Positions 40,011 to 48,630 of a stretch of 64,000 nt of DNA are shown piece by piece (the stretch's first letter is position 1; the number at the start of each line of letters is the position of its first letter). Position numbers and translations under genes: made by a program. The notes under the pieces were generated by a model that saw only the letters and a program-made list of their open reading frames with translations, made no database searches and was not told the DNA's origin. The stretch spans positions 32,001 through 96,000 of the forward strand of contig CAVYSE010000007.1 in assembly GCA_963771075.1 (NCBI GenBank), in the 5' to 3' direction. Origin of the DNA: a candidate division FCPU426 bacterium. Its GTDB lineage: Bacteria > Oederibacteriota > Muellerivitia > Muellerivitales > Muellerivitaceae.

Positions 40011-41386
40011 AAAACCTCACTCAAACCTTCATCCTGCTCGGCGTGGGCCTGGCCCTGGCCGCCTATATCTTTATTTTCGAGAGGGGACCGGTCAAGGATT
40101 CCTCCGCGAAAAAAGACAAGGTTTTCGCCAATTTCGTGGCGGATGACGTGCAGGATATTGAAGTGGAATACGGCTCCAACACCCTGGCCGCTTCCCAGAC
40201 CCAGGGTAAGCCCAACCTATCCCTGAAGAAAGACGAGAAGGGTATCTGGCAGATCACCCAGCCGGTGCAGTTGAAGGCCGATGAGACCATCGTGCGCCAG
40301 TCCCTGACCAGCTTGGGCCAGATGGACCCGGATGACGTTATGAAAACTCCGGGGAACCTTTCGGATTATGGACTCACCCATCCCTCTGCCAAAATTACCT
40401 TTATCTCCAAGGGAAAGGCCCCGGATGTTTTGTGGGTGGGAGACAAGACCATCAATAGCGCCGATTACTACTGCATGAATCCCGCCTCGAAGATCCTTTA
40501 CCTGATCCAGCCTTATGTCCCGGAGGGGTTCTTGAAAACCCCCAATGAGTTCCGCGAGCACGCCCTGATCAAAACCGACCAGGTCACGGCCCAGAAAATT
40601 GAGGTGGACTATCACGGAAAAACCATGGTTTTGGCCAAGGATGACAAGAACGCGTGGAATATCGAAAAACCCATCCAGGAAAAGGCCGATCCCGCAAAGG
40701 TGCGGGATCTTTTAAACCAGATCAATACCACGAAGGTCGCCGAGTTTGTCGATGACAACCCCAAGTCTTTGGCGCCTTACGGCCTGAACTCTCCCAAGGC
40801 TTCCATCACCATCTGGCCCGCCGACCATACACCGCCTACCACGATTTTGTTGGGCCGTCAAAAATTGAAATCGACCGACCTATTCGCCAAGTTAAGCGGC
40901 CAGAGCCCTGTTTTCCAATTGGGCGCCTTTATCGACACCTGGCTTAATTTCAAGGTCAATGATTACCGGGATAAAACGGTGATGACTTTTGATTCCGCGC
41001 AGGTCAAGAACCTGACAGTCCATCACAACCAACAGATTTTTACCTACCAAAAAGATACCAAGGACCAATGGACCTGCCAGGGCCGTTTGCAGGCCCAAAA
41101 CGAAGCCTCTTCCATCATCTCGGACCTGAGCCAAACCAACATCGCCAGTTTTGTTGAGCCGAAGACACAAACCGGTATTGAGAATCCCTCCTACCTGGTG
41201 GAAGTGACCCTCAATGATGGCACGGTTCGGCGCTATCGATACGGGCGCAGGGAAAAGGAGCAGGTCTACCTTGCTTCCGACCAGGGAAAGGATACCTACC
41301 TGGTATCCAACAATACGGTAACCCTTTTGGAAGGTTACTTCAGCGTTCTCATGACCCCAATTCCGGCAACGGCCCCGAAAAAATAA
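40007..41386 (+). CDS. DUF4340-type membrane-anchored protein
   Basis: N-terminal TM; repeated W.I..P....AD and LSDYGL..P / LAPYGL..P motifs; ATGA overlap with the gldG-like gene. Confidence 0.82.
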   Translation: MKNLTQTFILLGVGLALAAYIFIFERGPVKDSSAKKDKVFANFVADDVQDIEVEYGSNTLAASQTQGKPNLSLKKDEKGIWQITQPVQLKADETIVRQSLTSLGQMDPDDVMKTPGNLSDYGLTHPSAKITFISKGKAPDVLWVGDKTINSADYYCMNPASKILYLIQPYVPEGFLKTPNEFREHALIKTDQVTAQKIEVDYHGKTMVLAKDDKNAWNIEKPIQEKADPAKVRDLLNQINTTKVAEFVDDNPKSLAPYGLNSPKASITIWPADHTPPTTILLGRQKLKSTDLFAKLSGQSPVFQLGAFIDTWLNFKVNDYRDKTVMTFDSAQVKNLTVHHNQQIFTYQKDTKDQWTCQGRLQAQNEASSIISDLSQTNIASFVEPKTQTGIENPSYLVEVTLNDGTVRRYRYGRREKEQVYLASDQGKDTYLVSNNTVTLLEGYFSVLMTPIPATAPKK

Positions 41387-41393
41387 TTTAAAT

Positions 41394-41609
41394 CTCAACT
41401 TTGGCAAATTCAGTATGGACACACAATATCTCACCCTCTGAAAGAGGGGGAACAAGGGGGAGTTAGCCTTTTCTTGCGGCTTTGCCAAAGACTAATACCC
41501 CCTCTCCCCCCTTTTCACCCCCATGCCCCATGTCATTCTTTCCAATGGGGTATGGGGGAAGGGGAAATTGTTCTTCACGGCGTGTCTTTCAAGATTTGCC
41601 AAAGTTGAG
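41394..41609. mobile_element. MITE copy 2, with a nested 41-bp hairpin insertion
   Basis: TIRs CTCAACTTTGGCAAAT / ATTTGCCAAAGTTGAG; closely matches copy 3 apart from the insert at 41518-41558. Confidence 0.85.
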
Positions 41610-41797
41610 TGAAATCCTAAAACTTCGCCTTTACCTCTGCGGCGCCATGAAGATTGGAAGTCATCTATTGGCTAAAAGGGAATAAAACTTATTTTAGGGT
41701 CCCTGTTTTGCTTTCTTGGCGTCTATGCGTTGAATTTGCCTTTTTTTGAACCCCGGTATCTTTCCAAAAAACATGAATCCCCCTAAAGTGTCAACCT

Positions 41798-42565
41798 ATG
41801 ACGAAACCTTCCTCTGATAAACCGCGCTATTTATTCGACCATTTGCTGGAATTGCGGCAAGTTTTGTTCCACGGCTTGGCCGCGATTACACTGGGGGTCG
41901 GCGTGGCCTTTTGGAAATCGGCGTTCCTTTTTCAAATCCTCGAGGGCCCTTACCAGCGGACCTTGTCCCATTTCTCCCAATCCGCCGCCCCCTTGGGACC
42001 GTTGAAAACCTTGGTTCCCATCGAGGCCTTCATGATCAACATGAAACTGGCTACCGCGGCCGGGATCGTCCTGGCCTCTCCTTATATTTTGTGGCGGCTT
42101 TGGATTTTCGTCGTCCCGGCCTTGAAGCCCACGGAGCGGGCGATGATTTTGGCGGTCCTGATACTGGGGCTCTTCTTTTTCACGGGAGGTATTTGCTTCA
42201 GCTACTTTCTGGTGATCCCCTTAGCCTTGGAGTTTCTATTGAAGTACAACCTGGACTATCAACTCATTCCCCAATGGACCCTTCAAGGTTACTTCGACTT
42301 CACCCTGAACTTCTCCCTGGTTTTCGGTATTCTCTTTGAATTGCCATTGGTTTTGGCGGGCCTTGCCGCCGCGGGGATCGCCACCCCCCAATTTTTGGCC
42401 CAAAAAAGGAAGCTCGCCATTTTTGCCATCTTTATCCTGGCCGCCCTCGTGGCGCCTAGCGCCGACCCGGTGACACAAACCATCGTTGCCGTGCCTTTGG
42501 TGTTTTTATATGAAGTGGGAATCTGGCTTTCTTGGCTTGTGGTCCGAAAAAAGAAAACGGCTTGA
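41798..42565 (+). CDS. tatC: Twin-arginine translocase subunit TatC
   Basis: DHLLELR, PIEAF, WIFVVPALKPTER, FGILFELP, ADPVTQ, PLVFLYEVGI. Confidence 0.95.
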   Translation: MTKPSSDKPRYLFDHLLELRQVLFHGLAAITLGVGVAFWKSAFLFQILEGPYQRTLSHFSQSAAPLGPLKTLVPIEAFMINMKLATAAGIVLASPYILWRLWIFVVPALKPTERAMILAVLILGLFFFTGGICFSYFLVIPLALEFLLKYNLDYQLIPQWTLQGYFDFTLNFSLVFGILFELPLVLAGLAAAGIATPQFLAQKRKLAIFAIFILAALVAPSADPVTQTIVAVPLVFLYEVGIWLSWLVVRKKKTA

Positions 42566-42615
42566 AGAAACGAATTGGCCTTTAACCTGCGAGGAATAGT
42601 GTTCTGGGCCCTTCG

Positions 42616-42644
42616 TTGACAATTCCCGCGGGTCCGACCATAAT
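42616..42644 (+). promoter_or_regulatory. Sigma70-type promoter for the transaldolase gene
   Basis: TTGACA-N17-CATAAT. Confidence 0.7.
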
Positions 42645-42718
42645 TCCAATCGATTACCAGCCTCAATGCCCGAAAAGTCATTCCGGGGTAACGGACGATT
42701 TAAATTTGGGAGGTTAGC

Positions 42719-43369
42719 ATGAAATTTTTCTTGGATACGGCGAATCTGGACGAGATCAAGCAGGGCGTGGCCTGGGGAATCGTGGATGGAGTCACCACGA
42801 ATCCTTCCCTGGTCGCCAAGGAAGGCGTCAGCTTTCACAACCGGATCAAGGAGATCTGCGCCTTGGTCAACGGTTCGGTATCAGCCGAAGTGACCGCCAT
42901 CGATTTCGAGGGCATGATCCGGGAAGGCCACGTGTTGGCGAACCTGCACCCCAACGTCACGGTCAAGGTTCCCTTGATCCCGGATGGTATCCGGGCCTGC
43001 AAGGCGTTGAGCGCCGAGGGGATCAAGGTGAACGTGACCCTTTGTTTCTCGCCCGCCCAAGCCCTTTTAGCCGCCAAGGCGGGAGCGACCTATATCAGTC
43101 CCTTCGTGGGCCGTTTGGATGACGTGGCTTCCGACGGAATGAAGCTGGTCGAGGATATCGTCCGCATTTACGACAATTACAATTATCAAACCCAGGTCCT
43201 GGCGGCTTCCTTGCGTCACCCCGAACATATTATCCAGGCCGCCCTGATGGGAGCGGATGTCGGGACCATGCCTTTTCCGGTGATGAAGATGTTGTTCAAC
43301 CATCCCCTTACGGATATCGGGTTGAAGAAGTTCATGGAGGATTGGGAAAAGGTGAAGGGGAAAGTTTAA
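42719..43369 (+). CDS. tal: Transaldolase (short TalC/FSA-like family)
   Basis: [26 protein letters not shown] Schiff-base Lys, ISPFVGR (Phe as in transaldolases), HPLTDIGL. Confidence 0.93.
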   Translation: MKFFLDTANLDEIKQGVAWGIVDGVTTNPSLVAKEGVSFHNRIKEICALVNGSVSAEVTAIDFEGMIREGHVLANLHPNVTVKVPLIPDGIRACKALSAEGIKVNVTLCFSPAQALLAAKAGATYISPFVGRLDDVASDGMKLVEDIVRIYDNYNYQTQVLAASLRHPEHIIQAALMGADVGTMPFPVMKMLFNHPLTDIGLKKFMEDWEKVKGKV

Positions 43370-43387
43370 TCGGCTGCCCGGCTCACC

Positions 43388-43618
43388 GTGGATTTTTCCC
43401 AATGGGGGAAGGGCCTTGTCGCAGTTGGACTGGGATTGATCCTGTTGGGCGGTTTGGCCTGGATTTCCGGGAAATGGACCTTTTTCGGCAGGCTACCCGG
43501 CGATATCCATATAGATCGGCCTTCCTTTTCTTTTTATTTTCCCCTGACGACTTGTCTTCTCTTATCCTTGGTGATCACCCTTGTCCTCTGGGTTTTTTCA
43601 AAATTCAAAGGTCCCTAA
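43388..43618 (+). CDS. DUF2905-family small membrane protein
   Basis: GRLPGDIHI...FYFPLTTCLLLSL. Confidence 0.88.
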   Translation: MDFSQWGKGLVAVGLGLILLGGLAWISGKWTFFGRLPGDIHIDRPSFSFYFPLTTCLLLSLVITLVLWVFSKFKGP

Positions 43619-43643
43619 CGATTTCTTAAGAGGTAACATTTTT

Positions 43644-44852
43644 TTGAAACGGTTTTTTCCCCTCCTTCTCGCCTTTTTGGCCGGATGCGCCAGCTTTCCC
43701 GTGGTGACGGATTATAAAGTTCCCGAAGAAACGGTCTCCTCGCCCGTGGCGGCGACCGATGCGCCTAATCCCGACAACCGGCGAAGAATTCGCGTGGCGA
43801 TTTCCTTACGACAACCCAGCGTTAAACTCGTCGCTCCGGAGACCTTCATCCTAGAGGGTTTTCCAATGCCCCAGGCGCCCCCGTCCTTGAGCCCGGCCCC
43901 GACCCTTACCCCCACGAAACCATTGCGGGAGGCGGTGCTGACCCCATCCAAGATTGATGAGAAAGGGGCGAGGATCGAACCCTTAGGGGAGGGTGAAATC
44001 GAAGTGGATGGGATGAAGTTTCAGGGAAACATGGAGATCATCCATGATGGGGCGGGGACACTCACGGTGATCAATGATGTCGCCTTGGAGGATTATGTAA
44101 CGGGTGTGTTGGCCGGGGAGATTCCCCACGAATGGCCATTGGAGGCCTTGAAGGCCCAGGCCATCGCCGCCCGGACCTTCGCGTTCTTGAAAATGATGGA
44201 TGCGCGCCAAAAGGGGCAGAAATACGATGTTGAAAACAACGCCTTTTACCAGGTCTATCAGGGAACCGGCAAAGTGGACGATGAAATGATACGGGCGGTG
44301 AAAGAGACCCGCGGGGAGATCCTTGTTTATGGAGACCGGCCCATTGAGGCTTATTTCCACTCGAATTGCGGCGGGCATACCACGTCGGCAAAGGATGTTT
44401 GGGGAAAAGACCAACCCTATTTACGGTCCGTTTCCTGTGAATTCGGGAACAATGGGGCCCATTATCGTTGGAAAGCTTCAATCCCGATCCGGGATATCGT
44501 GCGAAAACTCAAGTCGATCGGCGTGACTCTTAGCGATGTCGTCCGCATTTCCGGATTGGATGTGGACGGCGGAGACCGGATCGTGAACCTGGATATATTA
44601 GACGCCGATGGGAGGGTTCATACCCTCAAAGCGAATGCTTTTCGCATGGCGCTGGGGCCCGACCTGGTGAAAAGCACCCATTTCAGCGCCAGGGTGGAGG
44701 GAGACAAGGTTTTATTTGACGGAAAGGGTTGGGGCCATGGGGTGGGGCTATGCCAGGAAGGCGCCCAGGGCATGGCCAATCATGGTTATGGGGCTTTCGA
44801 CATTTTGAGGCATTACTACCAGGGCATCATGATCGAGAAGATAACGGATTAA
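43644..44852 (+). CDS. SpoIID/LytB-domain lytic transglycosylase-like lipoprotein
   Basis: LAGC lipobox, LEDYVTGVLAGE, EALKAQAIAART, QVYQG, FHSNCGG, GWGHGVGLCQEGA, ILRHYY. Confidence 0.93.
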   Translation: MKRFFPLLLAFLAGCASFPVVTDYKVPEETVSSPVAATDAPNPDNRRRIRVAISLRQPSVKLVAPETFILEGFPMPQAPPSLSPAPTLTPTKPLREAVLTPSKIDEKGARIEPLGEGEIEVDGMKFQGNMEIIHDGAGTLTVINDVALEDYVTGVLAGEIPHEWPLEALKAQAIAARTFAFLKMMDARQKGQKYDVENNAFYQVYQGTGKVDDEMIRAVKETRGEILVYGDRPIEAYFHSNCGGHTTSAKDVWGKDQPYLRSVSCEFGNNGAHYRWKASIPIRDIVRKLKSIGVTLSDVVRISGLDVDGGDRIVNLDILDADGRVHTLKANAFRMALGPDLVKSTHFSARVEGDKVLFDGKGWGHGVGLCQEGAQGMANHGYGAFDILRHYYQGIMIEKITD

Positions 44853-45123
44853 AATTTATCCGTTGATGAATTTTAGTGAGATTCAATGAACCGCATTTTG
44901 TTTCCCAAAGTTTATTCAATAAAGTATTTGTGGGGTGGTTAACCCTTTTACGAAAAGATTGATAAAGTAGGCTTGAATTGAAAAATCGCTTTTTTGCGGA
45001 AAATGTCAAATTCCATACAGAAAACTCTTATTACTTGACAGTTTTAACGGGGACAAGGTCACCTTTTTTGAGAGATTCTGAAACAAATCCCAATGATTTT
45101 ATGGTATTTTGTTCAAGTTTCTG

Positions 45124-45139
45124 TGGCATTCAACTTGCC
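45124..45139 (+). promoter_or_regulatory. Sigma54 (-24/-12) promoter
   Basis: TGGCATTCAACTTGC: GG-N10-GC with TGGCA and TTGC consensus; AT-rich upstream region. Confidence 0.7.
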
Positions 45140-45175
45140 ATTTAAATATGAAAAATTGCACCTGGGGGTTGGTTC

Positions 45176-48070
45176 ATGAATTCATGGCGTTATGTCGCTT
45201 TGGGGCTGTTGATTTCTGTGATCGGAGGAACCGGAATTTTCATAGGCTGTACCCGCCAGATTTCCGTCCCAACCACATTCGCTTCGAACCCCACTTCAAC
45301 CCCGACACCAATAACGTTGGCAGGTCAAAATTGGAATATCACTCTCCCCTTAGCGGCGGGGGGAACTACAACCTTCCCAGCAGTCTTAGTTGAAACCGGA
45401 ACTAATCTTACGGCTACCGCCAATATCGGCGGAGTCGGGGTCGTTACACTTTCGGGAACGGTTAATGGAAACGTTATTACCGTTTCAGGTAGTGGAATTA
45501 CCATTACAGGTACCGTTAATGCCGCTGGAAATAGCTTTACGGGCACCGACACCACATCGAATTTGACATTGGCGAATGGAGCGGCCACCGGTGTGCTTGC
45601 TCCCGCATCAACCTCCACGCCTACTTCCACCGCGACGCAAACGATAACTGCCACGTCCGCCGTAAACACCTCGACTATCACCTCAACCCCTACTCCCACC
45701 TCAACGATCACAATGACACCACTGGTGAGCTATACCTTTACCGTGACGCCAACCATTACGAATTCACCCACTAGTACCGCTTCGCTCACTTCAACCCCTA
45801 CCATCACGAGCACGCCGGGTATCACCTTGACGCCTTTCCCCGTGGGAGTTTGCGGTACCGCCCCGTCGGCTTTCCAGGCGACCTATAATTTCAACGGCGG
45901 AATCCAATGTTGGACGGCCAAGGTGGATAGCGGGACCAATTACATTTCTGGATTTGGAACCACTAACGAGGTTCAGTACAACGGCCAAAATAGCTTGGTG
46001 GTTACAGTCAACAACCCAACGGGAAGCACGGTGACGGTCAGCATTGATTTCATCATTGCCGTTGCCACAAACCAGGTTCTGACGGGCGGGTCCATCTCGG
46101 GTTATGCGATGGTCGATTCGAATTTAATGAGTGGCGGCCCGCAAGCGCAAGCCTATAACATCAGCGACGGAGTGACGCCTCCCACTTACAATTTTGATGA
46201 CGCGAACAATAATTGGCCCAATGTCTTGTCCACGGGCTGGGTTCAAACGACTCAAAGCGCCGTGGTAAACACGGATACCCAGCAGGTGGGTATCCAGGTG
46301 TTCAAAGTGACGATCCCGGCGAACTCTTCAGGCAATATTTACCTGGCGGATGTGAGTCTTAACATTCCCGCCGCGCCGACGGCGACAATGACTCCTACCG
46401 TGACTTCCACGGTGACCCAGACTGCCACTGCGATTCCCCCCAATTACGCCCTGATCGATGATTTCTTGGGAACGGGATCATCTATGTACACCGATTCAGA
46501 CAGCGTCAGCAACATCTACGCGGTTCAGGATCAGCAATTAAATTGGCGGGATGGCTATTGGTATGGAGCCTCCAGTGGAAGCTTCAGCATGGTTTTGGGT
46601 ACTGGCGGTGATCCATATAGCACCGGACATGGAATGGTTTGTTCGGGCACCTTGCTCGGCCAGGTAACGGATTACGCCCAATTTGCCTTTACCTTTACCA
46701 ACGCCACTAACCCCGGCTGTACGTCGACTGGCCATGGGAATTGCGGCGTGACGGTTTATGACGCCACTGTTAAAAATGCCTACAACGGTATCGCTTTCGA
46801 CGTCATCATGCCGACCTTGCCGAATTTGGGGTCAAATGTGAATGGGTCTAAAGCCGCCTGTTCGGCTATTAACGCGATGCCTTTGCAAGTGGATTTGGTC
46901 GATAATCAGGCGGTCACCGACCACTATTTCGCCGTTCCCATGACGACAAGCTGGCAGAGCGTTACTGTCTTCTTCAACCAGGCAATCAACCAGGGGGTGG
47001 TCGACGACCCAACTCATTTGCAGGTGATCAAGTTCGCGCCGATGAACGAGGGAACGACTGTTACCGGGCTCGGCTATAGTTTCACTTTAAATAATATTCG
47101 GCTGGTTCAGGGAACCGCCCCGGCGATGGCCGTTACGAATAAATATATCATCACGGATTTTGAAAACGGGTCCAACCTCATTCCCTGGACAGGCCCCACG
47201 GGCATTAGCACCCCAGGAGCCATTTATGTCGCGGGCGGGTGGAACAGTTCGAGCGGTGATACCCTACCGTTGCCTCCCGGAGAACCAACCGCGGATGTTC
47301 TTCCCGGCGGTGATCCATTGGCGACGGTTTGGAATACCTGTCCCATTTCCGGCGCAATCGGTGGAAGCTTCTTCCCGGCGACACCCGGACATAACGGCCT
47401 TTGGGCAGGGCATGTGATGGGGACTTTTGGCGATGAGACCAACCCCTATATCCAGCTGGGCATTAACCTGCAGAATCCACGAAACACAACGGATCTTTCG
47501 GGTTACAGCACCTTGACCTTCTGGGCCAAGGCAGGGGTTACGCCTAACGCTGCCACCCCGATGATTGTCAAATTCCCCAATGAATATACCGATCCGCAGG
47601 GTGGGGTTTGTAATAATTCAACTTATAGCGCCGCAGGTAACGGAGCCATGATTGTGGACGGAGTCGCGGATACAAACTCAAATTGCGCCAATGATCACCA
47701 GGTTGGCTTCACCCTTTCGACCACTTGGCAACAGATTACGGTTACCCTAAAAAGTAGTGGCCCGAATTACCCAACACAACAAGCCTATTGGGGTGAACCG
47801 GGGCCTGGGCCTGATAATTTGGGTACACCCGTTGACTTTGACGGTTCTAATGCCGCCACTATTACCGGGGGAGATGGTAGAGCACCTATCGCCACTGTAT
47901 ATGCTGTTTCCTTCCAAACAAACGTGCAAAGCGAAGAGTGTTGTGATGCGAACGCTACCAATTGTACGCCGTACGGATTGCCTGAAAATCAAACCTGTAC
48001 TGCCCAAGGCTTTGCTTCAAACGGCACTCCAGTGGACTTCTGGATCGATGATGTAACACTCGCGCCATAA
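45176..48070 (+). CDS. Large surface lipoprotein with Thr/Pro linkers and three carbohydrate-binding-like (jelly-roll) domains
   Basis: FIGC lipobox; one copy of the 181-aa repeat module; two CBM11/CIA30-like domains (LIDDF...YNGIAF...WQSVTVFF...LNNIRL; ITDFENG...DLSGYSTLTFWAK...FWIDDVTL). Confidence 0.75.
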   Translation: MNSWRYVALGLLISVIGGTGIFIGCTRQISVPTTFASNPTSTPTPITLAGQNWNITLPLAAGGTTTFPAVLVETGTNLTATANIGGVGVVTLSGTVNGNVITVSGSGITITGTVNAAGNSFTGTDTTSNLTLANGAATGVLAPASTSTPTSTATQTITATSAVNTSTITSTPTPTSTITMTPLVSYTFTVTPTITNSPTSTASLTSTPTITSTPGITLTPFPVGVCGTAPSAFQATYNFNGGIQCWTAKVDSGTNYISGFGTTNEVQYNGQNSLVVTVNNPTGSTVTVSIDFIIAVATNQVLTGGSISGYAMVDSNLMSGGPQAQAYNISDGVTPPTYNFDDANNNWPNVLSTGWVQTTQSAVVNTDTQQVGIQVFKVTIPANSSGNIYLADVSLNIPAAPTATMTPTVTSTVTQTATAIPPNYALIDDFLGTGSSMYTDSDSVSNIYAVQDQQLNWRDGYWYGASSGSFSMVLGTGGDPYSTGHGMVCSGTLLGQVTDYAQFAFTFTNATNPGCTSTGHGNCGVTVYDATVKNAYNGIAFDVIMPTLPNLGSNVNGSKAACSAINAMPLQVDLVDNQAVTDHYFAVPMTTSWQSVTVFFNQAINQGVVDDPTHLQVIKFAPMNEGTTVTGLGYSFTLNNIRLVQGTAPAMAVTNKYIITDFENGSNLIPWTGPTGISTPGAIYVAGGWNSSSGDTLPLPPGEPTADVLPGGDPLATVWNTCPISGAIGGSFFPATPGHNGLWAGHVMGTFGDETNPYIQLGINLQNPRNTTDLSGYSTLTFWAKAGVTPNAATPMIVKFPNEYTDPQGGVCNNSTYSAAGNGAMIVDGVADTNSNCANDHQVGFTLSTTWQQITVTLKSSGPNYPTQQAYWGEPGPGPDNLGTPVDFDGSNAATITGGDGRAPIATVYAVSFQTNVQSEECCDANATNCTPYGLPENQTCTAQGFASNGTPVDFWIDDVTLAP

Positions 48071-48087
48071 TTAATTGTTGTTAGTCG

Positions 48088-48122
48088 AAAGCCCGTCTCG
48101 AATCGAGGCGGGCTTTTTTTTT
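48088..48122 (+). terminator. Intrinsic terminator
   Basis: GCCCGTCTCG-aat-CGAGGCGGGC followed by T9. Confidence 0.9.
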
Positions 48123-48268
48123 GGCCAATTCGTTTGAACCAAAAGGATGTAGGCGAGAGAGGTTTCTGCAACCCCAAAATGGCGTAATGAGTTTTACGTT
48201 TAATAGCGAAATGTCAAAATCAGTGCCCACTCTAGGTAGTGTCGTAATAGTGGCAAGAAGAGTTAGGC

Positions 48269-48444
48269 CTCAACTTTGGCAAATTCAGCCTGGACACACA
48301 ATGTCTCCCCCTCTGAAAGAGGGGGAACAAGGGGGAGTTAGCCTTTTCTTGCCGCTTTCCCAAAGACTAATACCCCCCTATCCCCTTTTTCAAAGGGGGA
48401 AATTGATCTTCACGGCGTGTCTTTCAAGATTTGCCAAAGTTGAG
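48269..48444. mobile_element. MITE copy 3
   Basis: Perfect 16-bp TIR CTCAACTTTGGCAAAT; flanked by TTAGGC on both sides. Confidence 0.88.
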
Positions 48445-48630
48445 TTAGGCGATGAATCGGGTCATTTTTGTCAGAATTGATTGGAACCCATTGCATAAAA
48501 GTCATTGCATTTAATGCCTGTTTTTTGAGATTTAGCGAGGCAGAGTTTGGGAAATGGTAGTAAAATTTAAAGCAATGTTGGCAGGTTGAAGGTTTAAACA
48601 AATATCTTGTTCATACACTTTGGGGGAATC

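Noticed and set aside
36651..41386. GldA/F/G-like genes as evidence of gliding motility
   Set aside because: This ABC plus DUF4340 module is widespread in non-gliding bacteria and no gliding motor genes are present.
43644..44852. SpoIID domain as evidence of sporulation
   Set aside because: SpoIID/LytB proteins are common in non-sporulating diderms, and this one is a lipoprotein with no other spo genes nearby.
48121..48480. Small ORFs spanning MITEs (48121..48480, 41482..41685, 17223..17618)
   Set aside because: They are translations of non-coding repeats with no RBS or protein features.
48480..48630. Sigma54 promoter for the second giant lipoprotein
   Set aside because: TGG and TTGC elements are present but none has the required GG-N10-GC spacing.
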